A DNA stretch of 40,978 bases from Cytophagales bacterium (GTDB lineage: Bacteria; Bacteroidota; Bacteroidia; Cytophagales; Thermoflexibacteraceae): NCBI GenBank assembly GCA_043754075.1, contig JAYUVL010000007.1, positions 1-40,978 on the forward strand, in the 5' to 3' direction. Shown piece by piece: positions 1-7,720 of the stretch (the stretch's first letter is position 1; each line of letters starts with the position of its first letter). The notes beneath the pieces were generated by a model. That model was not told the DNA's origin and did not search any database. It saw nothing but the letters and a program-made list of their open reading frames with translations. A program made the translations under genes and the position numbers.

Positions 1-2
1 TT

Positions 3-698
3 TGTGACCGCCGTTTTGGAATTGGGGCTGACGGCCTGATGCTGCTTCGCTACCACGAAACTGCCGATTTTGAAATGCACTACTTCAACGCCGATGGCCG
101 ACCCGGTTCCATGTGCGGCAATGGGGGGCGTTGCATCGTCGAATTTGCCCATAGTTTGGGATTTTTGCGCCATTGGCCCGTGTTTGTGGCTCCGGACGGC
201 CTGCATGAAGCCACTTGGGACACCGATAGCGCGTCGATTGGGCTGAAGATGCAGGATGTGACTGGCTGGGAAGTGGGCGATGGTTATTTTTTTCTTGATA
301 CCGGCTCGCCCCATTATGTCAAGTTGGTCGATGATGTCGGCGCGGTCGACGTGGTGACCGAGGGCCGCAAAATCCGCTACGGAAACACCTACGGCCCGCA
401 TGGAGGCACCAACGTTAATTTTGTGGAGCCCCACAATGGCGGCCTGCGGGTGCGCACTTATGAGCGCGGGGTCGAGGATGAGACTTTTTCTTGTGGCACT
501 GGGGCGGTGGCCAGCGCCGTGGCAGCCCACTTGGCCGGCATCCTACTAAACAATGAAGCTCAGCAGACCGTCACCATTAGCACCAAAGGAGGCCAATTAT
601 CGGTTTCCTTCACAAAAGAGCCGCACCGATTTGCGCAAATCTGGTTGCATGGCCCCGTCGCCAAGGTGTATGAAGGTAGCATTGAGACTGAATCCTAA
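3..698 (+). CDS. dapF: Diaminopimelate epimerase, 5'-truncated by the window edge
   Basis: The reading frame stays open to the window start (CDRRFGIGADGLMLL precedes the listed Met). Both catalytic-Cys motifs are present: SMCGNGGRC and FSCGTGAVA. Confidence 0.85.
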   Translation, partial: CDRRFGIGADGLMLLRYHETADFEMHYFNADGRPGSMCGNGGRCIVEFAHSLGFLRHWPVFVAPDGLHEATWDTDSASIGLKMQDVTGWEVGDGYFFLDTGSPHYVKLVDDVGAVDVVTEGRKIRYGNTYGPHGGTNVNFVEPHNGGLRVRTYERGVEDETFSCGTGAVASAVAAHLAGILLNNEAQQTVTISTKGGQLSVSFTKEPHRFAQIWLHGPVAKVYEGSIETES

Positions 699-729
699 GG
701 GGAGCAACTTCCGCTTTTTACTGTAGACC

Positions 730-3700
730 ATGACACTTTTTATTGCCCATTGGTATCGCCCCCTAATTGTTGTCTGCTTTTTTTTGGTAGCTAGCCAGGC
801 CAGCGCACAATTGAGCGGCCGCCCAAACCTCCAGTTTCGCCACATTGGCTTGGCACAAGGACTTTCACAGAACAATGTGCAGGCAATTTTGCAAGACCGA
901 AAGGGGTTTGTTTGGTTCGGCACGGCCGATGGCCTCAATAAATTTGATGGCCTAAAAATGGTGCGCATCTATCGAAATTCGCTGATCGATTCCACTTCGG
1001 TGACGAGCAGCCGCGTAGGTGCATTGTGGGAGGATCGGCAAGGCTATATCTGGGTGGGGAGCACCGAGGGCTTGGATCGGCTCGATCCCAAGACAGAGAA
1101 GTTCCGGCATTTCCCCATTGCCCTGCCCGATGCCCCAAACCGGCGCCTGGGCATGGTACTGGCCCTTCATGAAGATCGGTTGGGCAACATGTGGGTGGGA
1201 ACCTTCGGGAACGGGATCCTCAAGATTGATGCTGACCGTAAAGTAGTCCGCTTCTTCCAGCACGATCCCGAAGAACCCCGCACCGTGAGCAATGACAGCG
1301 TCTATGCAATCACCGAAGATGCGCGGGGCGATCTTTGGTTTGGGACAGGCGGCGGCGGCTTGGAACATTACGAAGTTGCCAATGATAAATTTATCCATCA
1401 TCGCCACGATCCCCGGGATCCGACCAGTCTTAGCAGTGATTTGGTGAGTGCTTTGGCCGTTGCGCCCGATGGCAAAGTGTGGGCCACCACCTACAACGGT
1501 GGCCTCAACCGATTTGATCCCCAAACCCAAACCTTCACCCGTTTCCAATCCAACCCAGCCGATCCAACCTCACCGGCCTCGGACCAGATGGAGTCGCTTT
1601 TATTTGGCCCCGATGGCCAGTTGTGGATCTGCACCAACAACGGCCTGGATCTGATGTACCAGCAAGCAAACGGGAAAACAGGCTTTCACCACTTTTGCCA
1701 TTCCCCAGCCAATCCGTCGAGCTTGAGCAGTGATGCCACATTTGCCATTGCCGCCGACCACACGGGTGGCATTTGGGTGGGAACGACCAACGGCGGGGCC
1801 AATTATTTTCACCCCAATACCATGCGGTTTGTCCTTTATCAGCACAATCCATTGCAATCCACCAGCTTGAGCTACAACGTGATCCGGTGCATTTTTGAGG
1901 ATCGGTCGGGCAATCTCTGGGTAGGGACCACCAAGGGCGGCCTGAACGTGGCTACCCCGGCCCAGCTCAGCCGGGGTGAATTTCAGCATTACCGCCACCA
2001 GCCCCAAGACCCCAGTTCACTCAGCAGCGATGAGATATACACGGTATTTCAAGACAGCCGGGGCAATATTTGGGTGGGGACCAATCAAGTGAACCACCCC
2101 GGCCTGAACCGCTTTGTGCCCCCCAAAATTCCCGGTGGGAGGGGCAGGTTTGAGCACTATGATCTTTCGCGGGGTCAGCCGTTGCTGCGCACCAGCAACG
2201 TGGTGCGGGCCATTCAAGAGGATCTGGAAGGGAATTTATGGGTGGGCACCCTCCAAGGCATGCTCAGGGTCACTTGGCGAGCCCCCGGCGACTGCCAGAT
2301 CGTGGCCCAAAGTGACGCCAATGAACGAAATTTATCGGCCACGTCCATTGCGCGAGACAGTAAGGGCCTCTTTTATATCAGCACCCTAAACCGAGGTGTA
2401 GCAGCGATGGATCCAATAACGGGCAAAGTGTTGCGCATCTATGACAAAATACAAAATTCGGCCAACAAAAATGGATTGCCCGAGAATTACGTTCGCGGTG
2501 CTTATTTAGAAAACGATTCCATCTTGTGGGTGGGTATGAACACCAATGGCTTGGGCAGGCTCAATACCGTTACAGGTAAAGTAGAGCGGTTCAACCGATC
2601 GAATGGCTTATTGGAAAATACTGTTTACGGGTTGCAGGGCGATGGGCAGGGAAATCTCTGGCTCGGAGGGGGCTATGGTCTGACCCGCTTTAACCTGAAA
2701 ACCTATCAAGCCCACTATTTTGATGAGAGCGATGGGTTGCAGAGCCGCGAGTTCAACACCAATGCCCACGCAGTGGGCCACGATGGGCGCGTCTTTTTTG
2801 GGGGCATTAAGGGGTTCAACGCATTTTATCCCAGCCAAGTGGCCAATGCCAGCTTCAGTGCCCCCCCACCGGCCATTATCAGCTCCCTGCTGCTTTTTAA
2901 CCGCCCCTTTGCCAATTACCAAAGCGGGGTGCTGACCAAAAACATTGCTTACGCCGATACGCTGTATTTGTCTTATGACAGCACCAACATTACGCTCCAA
3001 TTTGCTTTGCCCGTTTTTTATGCACCAGAAAAACATTTGTTCCGCTATCAGATGGAGGGGGTGGACAAAAACTGGCTCACCACGGCCGCCGGCTACCCGG
3101 GAGCGGCCTATTCCAATCTGTCGGCTGGCCATTATGTGTTCCGGCTGTGCGGGATCGATCAGCGGGGGCAGCAAAGCCAGTCCCCGACGGTGCTGCACAT
3201 CGTGGTCAGGCCCCCCCTTTGGCAGCAGCCCTGGGTATTGCCCTGCTTCATGCTCTTGGGCTTGGGGCTGGCGGCTTACTTTTATTGGTTTTCGTGGTCT
3301 CGAAAGCAAAAGCTGGAGTATCAGGTGAGGGAGCGCACCGAACTGATTTTTTTCCAAAAAGAGGAGATTTCGCAGCAAAAAGTGCTGGCGGAACAATCCC
3401 TGACCAGCCTGCGGCAACTGACCGACATTGGCAAACTCATCACCGCTTCACTGTCGGCCGAAACCATCGTGAGCACTGTTTATAAGAATGTTTATGAACT
3501 GATGAGTGCCGATGTGTTTGCCATTGGCATTTTCAACTCGCCCAACAACGCCCTTGATTTTATTGGGCGGCACACGGCCGGTGCCCCCATGCCCCCGGTG
3601 AGCTTTCACCTCGACGGCCCCCCCCGCCTGTCCATCCGCAGTTTTATCCACCGGGAAGAAATCATCATTCAAGACTACGAAAAAGAATTTGGGGCCTATT

Positions 3701-4761
3701 TTCAAGAGATCCAGCCCTCGCAAGTGGGCGAGCAAGTGGCCCAATCGATTGTGTATTTGCCCTTGATCGTTCACGAAAAGTCACAAGGGGTCATTACCGT
3801 CCAGAGTTTTCAGAAAAATGCCTACCCACCCTATTACCTGGAGATTCTCCGCAATTTGGCAGCCTACACGGCCATTGCCCTAGAAAATGCCGATGCCTAC
3901 CGCCGGCTGGAAGAAGTGAATGATGAACTCAGTTCAGCCCACGGCCAGTTGGTGCAGTCCGAAAAATTGGCATCCCTGGGGCGAGTCATGGCCGGGATTG
4001 CCCATGAGATCAACAACCCGCTCAATTTCGTGTTCGGTGGGGTCATCGGTTTGGAAAAAAACCTCACCGCCCTGTTGGAAATTGAGAATAAATTTGAAGA
4101 ACTGAACCAAGTTATCCATGACGGATATTTGCGCGACAACGTGATGAGCATTTTGGTACAAACCGAACAGCTCAAGGAAAAGTACAATTATGAAGAAGTG
4201 ATCAGCGATCTCCATATCCTCATGCGGGATATCAAGGAAGGAGCAAGCCGAGCAGCAGAAATTGTAAAAAACTTGCGCAATTTTTCCCGAATCAGCCAAG
4301 ATGATTTTTACCCCGGCGATTTGCACAAGGAAATTGATTTTTCACTTACTATGTTGCGCTACAAAATGGAAAAAAATATCAAAATTGTGCGCAATTATGA
4401 CGAAAAAATGCCAATTATATTATCTAATCATGGTCGATTGAATCAAGTATTTACCAATATACTGGAAAATGCCATCCAAGCAATCACTGGAACTGGCATC
4501 ATTACCATCACCACCCAAGTGAGGAAAGAACATATAGAAATCACGATTAAAGATACTGGCAAAGGCATGAGCGAGGCCGTCAAAGCCAAAATCTTTGAAC
4601 CCTTTTTCACTACCAAAGAAGTGGGCAAAGGCACAGGTTTGGGCTTGGCCGTGTCTTTTGGCATTATCCAAGATATAAAAGGGAGCATCCAAGTACACTC
4701 TGCTCCCCAAAAAGGCGCGGAATTTGTGATAACTTTACCAAAAATTACATTGAACAGTTAA
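730..4761 (+). CDS. Large sensor histidine kinase with signal peptide, many two-component-regulator propeller repeats, Y_Y_Y domain, TM segment, GAF, HisKA-like H-box and HATPase; no REC or HTH
   Basis: The N-terminus (MTLFIAHWYRPLIVVCFFLVASQASAQ) looks like a signal peptide. Repeated WVGT/WFGT..GL..(F/Y) units are present, followed by a Y_Y_Y-like stretch (YQMEGVDKNWL...YSNLSAGHYVFRL). A TM segment (WVLPCFMLLGLGLAAYFYWF) and a GAF-like region come next. The kinase motifs are H-box GIAHEINNPLN, N-box NILENAIQA, G1 DTGKGM and G2 GKGTGLGLAV. Confidence 0.85.
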   Translation: MTLFIAHWYRPLIVVCFFLVASQASAQLSGRPNLQFRHIGLAQGLSQNNVQAILQDRKGFVWFGTADGLNKFDGLKMVRIYRNSLIDSTSVTSSRVGALWEDRQGYIWVGSTEGLDRLDPKTEKFRHFPIALPDAPNRRLGMVLALHEDRLGNMWVGTFGNGILKIDADRKVVRFFQHDPEEPRTVSNDSVYAITEDARGDLWFGTGGGGLEHYEVANDKFIHHRHDPRDPTSLSSDLVSALAVAPDGKVWATTYNGGLNRFDPQTQTFTRFQSNPADPTSPASDQMESLLFGPDGQLWICTNNGLDLMYQQANGKTGFHHFCHSPANPSSLSSDATFAIAADHTGGIWVGTTNGGANYFHPNTMRFVLYQHNPLQSTSLSYNVIRCIFEDRSGNLWVGTTKGGLNVATPAQLSRGEFQHYRHQPQDPSSLSSDEIYTVFQDSRGNIWVGTNQVNHPGLNRFVPPKIPGGRGRFEHYDLSRGQPLLRTSNVVRAIQEDLEGNLWVGTLQGMLRVTWRAPGDCQIVAQSDANERNLSATSIARDSKGLFYISTLNRGVAAMDPITGKVLRIYDKIQNSANKNGLPENYVRGAYLENDSILWVGMNTNGLGRLNTVTGKVERFNRSNGLLENTVYGLQGDGQGNLWLGGGYGLTRFNLKTYQAHYFDESDGLQSREFNTNAHAVGHDGRVFFGGIKGFNAFYPSQVANASFSAPPPAIISSLLLFNRPFANYQSGVLTKNIAYADTLYLSYDSTNITLQFALPVFYAPEKHLFRYQMEGVDKNWLTTAAGYPGAAYSNLSAGHYVFRLCGIDQRGQQSQSPTVLHIVVRPPLWQQPWVLPCFMLLGLGLAAYFYWFSWSRKQKLEYQVRERTELIFFQKEEISQQKVLAEQSLTSLRQLTDIGKLITASLSAETIVSTVYKNVYELMSADVFAIGIFNSPNNALDFIGRHTAGAPMPPVSFHLDGPPRLSIRSFIHREEIIIQDYEKEFGAYFQEIQPSQVGEQVAQSIVYLPLIVHEKSQGVITVQSFQKNAYPPYYLEILRNLAAYTAIALENADAYRRLEEVNDELSSAHGQLVQSEKLASLGRVMAGIAHEINNPLNFVFGGVIGLEKNLTALLEIENKFEELNQVIHDGYLRDNVMSILVQTEQLKEKYNYEEVISDLHILMRDIKEGASRAAEIVKNLRNFSRISQDDFYPGDLHKEIDFSLTMLRYKMEKNIKIVRNYDEKMPIILSNHGRLNQVFTNILENAIQAITGTGIITITTQVRKEHIEITIKDTGKGMSEAVKAKIFEPFFTTKEVGKGTGLGLAVSFGIIQDIKGSIQVHSAPQKGAEFVITLPKITLNS

Positions 4762-4775
4762 CACCATAGAGGCGC

Positions 4776-6008
4776 ATGCAAAAGGAAAAATATAGCATAT
4801 TGTATGTAGATGATGAAGAAGCGAACCTAAATGTGTTTAAGGCTGCTTATAAGTGGGACTATAAGATTCATACCGCGATCTCAGGCGTCCATGGGCTGGC
4901 ATTGCTGGAACAATACCCGATCGATCTCGTGATTACTGACCAGCGGATGCCCGATATGGACGGGGTAACGCTGCTCAAGCAAATCACGGCCCGCTACCCC
5001 GATATTGTCAAAATATTGTTGACCGGTTTTAGTGAGTCGGAGGTGATCATTACTGCCATCAATGAATGTGGCATTTACCGCTATATCTCCAAACCGTGGG
5101 ACGATACCGAAATGCGGCTTTCCCTCCAGAACGCCCTTGAAGCCTACACCCTCAAACAGCGAAACCAACACCTGATACATGCCTTGCAACAGGCCAAAGC
5201 TGAATTGGAGCAGCGCGTTGAAGAGCGGACGGCGGAAGTGCGGCGCCAAAACGAAGAGATTGCCCAACAAAAAGAAAAGCTGACCCTCAATTATGAACTG
5301 CTGATGGAGGCCATGCGAGAAAAAAACAGCATCATTGGCATCGTGGCCCACGACCTCCAAGCCCCGCTCCGGCGGATCTCGGGCCTGATCGAGCTTACCA
5401 AAATGGTGACCGAACAATCAGAACAGGCCCAATACCATAACCTGTTGCAGAAAGAAGTCAGCCAAGGAATCCGCTTGGTACAAAACATCCTGTTTGCCGA
5501 AAAATTGGAAGAACAGACCGACGAGCCGGTGTTGGAAGCGGTCGACTTGAGCCAAGTCATTTGGACCATTGTGCAAAAGTATGAAGGCATGGCCGCCCAG
5601 AAAGGGCTGACCGTTCAGCTGGAAAACGTAACGAACCCCATTTTTGCCTCAGCCAGTGCAGATTACATTACCCGCGTATTGGATAACCTGGTATCAAATG
5701 CGGTTAAGTTTTCCCCCAACAATGGGGGCGGGCTCATCGTTGTCCGATTGGCCAAGCACAACGGGCAAAAGGCCAGCATCCAAGTGCAGGATCAAGGACC
5801 GGGGTTTAGTGACGAGGACAAAAAGAAAATATTTAAGCGTTTCCAAAAATTGAGTGCCCAGCCCACCGGCGGCGAATCCTCGACGGGCTTGGGTTTGTCC
5901 ATCGTCAAGACGCTGGTGGATAAAATGAACGGTGAATTGCTGGTGGAAAGTGCCGCCAATGCCGGAGCTACCTTTATCGTTGTTTTGCCCTTGCATTTAG
6001 CCGATTGA
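4776..6008 (+). CDS. Hybrid response-regulator receiver / histidine kinase (REC at N-terminus, coiled coil, HisKA, HATPase)
   Basis: The REC domain shows ILYVDDEE...LVITDQRMPDMDG...ISKPW. The kinase motifs are H-box IVAHDLQAPL, N-box LDNLVSNAVKF, DQGPGF and STGLGLSIV. The gene starts 14 nt after the upstream kinase stop, so the two are probably an operon. Confidence 0.85.
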   Translation: MQKEKYSILYVDDEEANLNVFKAAYKWDYKIHTAISGVHGLALLEQYPIDLVITDQRMPDMDGVTLLKQITARYPDIVKILLTGFSESEVIITAINECGIYRYISKPWDDTEMRLSLQNALEAYTLKQRNQHLIHALQQAKAELEQRVEERTAEVRRQNEEIAQQKEKLTLNYELLMEAMREKNSIIGIVAHDLQAPLRRISGLIELTKMVTEQSEQAQYHNLLQKEVSQGIRLVQNILFAEKLEEQTDEPVLEAVDLSQVIWTIVQKYEGMAAQKGLTVQLENVTNPIFASASADYITRVLDNLVSNAVKFSPNNGGGLIVVRLAKHNGQKASIQVQDQGPGFSDEDKKKIFKRFQKLSAQPTGGESSTGLGLSIVKTLVDKMNGELLVESAANAGATFIVVLPLHLAD

Positions 6009-6021
6009 CCCCTTCCCTTCA

Positions 6022-7485
6022 TTATCCCACGGGGCCAAACTCGGGTTTCAAGAGTTGGTACAGCCGCTCAAACTGGCCCACTGCCGTGGCATAGACCTGC
6101 CGGTGGGCCGGTTTGGGCAGGTATTCGTGTTTGGGAATGGCAAAACGGGCCGCCTCGGACAAATCGCCGATCACTCCCAATCCCTTGAGCCCGATCAACG
6201 CCGCTCCCCAAGCGGAACTTTCTACGCTTTCGGTCAAATAAACGGGCTTGTCAAATACATCGGCCAAGATCTGGACCCAGGCCGGGGAGTGGGCAAAGCC
6301 ACCCGAGGCATACACCACTTCCGAATGCTGTCGCTGGTCCAGGATCTTGGCAATCGTGAAAAGGGCAAACACTACTCCTTCCATGCAGGCGCGGGTAAAA
6401 TGGGCATGGGTGTGGGTGGTGGTTATCCCGAAAAAAACCCCTTTGGCGCGTGCGTTCCAGATGGGGGCCCGCTCGCCCAACAAATAGGGCAGGCACAGCA
6501 GCCCATCGGCCCCCGGTGCGATGTCGGCCACTCCAGCCACCGAAGCAGAGGCCGGGGCAAACTGATCCCTCCACCAATCCAATATGACGCTGCCATTGTT
6601 CATGCCCCCACCCGCAACGTAGTGGCCATCGGCCAAGACATAACAAAAAGTACGCATCTTGGCATCGGTTTGGATGGTGGGGGCCGCAATGCGTACTGCC
6701 CCGCTCGTGCCCACGGTGACGGCCATCCGGCCCGGGGCGATGACCCCCGACCCCAAGTTGGCCAAACAGCCGTCACTGCCACCAACAAAAAAGGGAGTCT
6801 GACCAGGGATGGCCATTTGTGCCGCCAAGGCTGGGGCCAAGCCCGTGCAGCGGTGGTGCGCCGGCACTGGTACCGAGAGCCGCTCCGGGCTGATCCCCGC
6901 CATTGCCAGCGCCCCGGCGTCCCAGTCGAGGGTGGCCAAATTGAACAGGCCGGTGGCTGAGGCCAGCGAATGGTCGATCAAGTAGGTGCCAAAAAATTGA
7001 TAAAAGACGTATTCTTTGATCCCGATGAACTTGTGGGCTTTGGCAAACAGGCGGCTTTGGTGGCGGGCCAGCCATTGGAGTTTACAAAACGGTGACATGG
7101 GGTGGATCGGTAGGCCCGTCCGCTGGTACAATGACTGGGCGATCTCTCCCGCCCGAAGATGGTCGGCTTCGGCACTGGCCCGGTTATCGGCCCAGATGAT
7201 GAGTGGGGTAAGCGGGCGGCCAGCGGCATCCACGGCCATCAGGCTGTGCATCGCACTGCTGAAACTTACCCCGAGCAACTGCCCCGTTTGCATCATGCGC
7301 TGCACTTGGCCAATGCAGCCGACTACGGCCTCCAAGATCAGGGCAGGATCTTGTTCGCTCCAGTCGGGGCGCGGGTGGATCATGGGATAAGCAATGCCCT
7401 GGCGCGCCAGTATTTTTCCGCCGAGGTCAAACGCAACGGCTTTGGTGCTTGTAGTGCCGATATCTACACCAATAAAATAGTCCAT
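6022..7485 (-). CDS. gntK: Gluconokinase, FGGY carbohydrate kinase family
   Basis: There is an ATG start. The motifs GVDIGTTSTKAV, SFSSAMHSLMAVD, IIWADNR, IGIKEYVFYQ, DHSLASATGLFN and TVGTSGA closely parallel Bacillus-type GntK as I recall it. Confidence 0.85.
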   Translation of the reverse strand: MDYFIGVDIGTTSTKAVAFDLGGKILARQGIAYPMIHPRPDWSEQDPALILEAVVGCIGQVQRMMQTGQLLGVSFSSAMHSLMAVDAAGRPLTPLIIWADNRASAEADHLRAGEIAQSLYQRTGLPIHPMSPFCKLQWLARHQSRLFAKAHKFIGIKEYVFYQFFGTYLIDHSLASATGLFNLATLDWDAGALAMAGISPERLSVPVPAHHRCTGLAPALAAQMAIPGQTPFFVGGSDGCLANLGSGVIAPGRMAVTVGTSGAVRIAAPTIQTDAKMRTFCYVLADGHYVAGGGMNNGSVILDWWRDQFAPASASVAGVADIAPGADGLLCLPYLLGERAPIWNARAKGVFFGITTTHTHAHFTRACMEGVVFALFTIAKILDQRQHSEVVYASGGFAHSPAWVQILADVFDKPVYLTESVESSAWGAALIGLKGLGVIGDLSEAARFAIPKHEYLPKPAHRQVYATAVGQFERLYQLLKPEFGPVG

Positions 7486-7720
7486 ATTAAAAGTTCCTAG
7501 GATCCTTCCCGAACGGATGACACCCTTTTAAGGTTTGCGCCAAAACTGGCTATTTGCCTAAACACTGCATCCATTCAGGTTAAGTGGCTGGTGCTAAATC
7601 AGTTGATAATTAACCAGCCAATTTGCTTCCGTACCCTTACTCGCCATTGGGAAAAACCACGCACTGCCGCGATTGGCGCCCGATCGGCCTCTATTACCTG
7701 CTCAAAGCCCTCTATTGCAT

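Noticed and set aside
7585-7620. A hairpin (tggctggt / accagcca, 20-nt loop) downstream of the ATPase gene, and a 6-bp hairpin at 23477-23504 after plsC, as terminators.
   Set aside because: Both have short stems, large loops and no adjacent U-run on the relevant strand. They are too weak to call.
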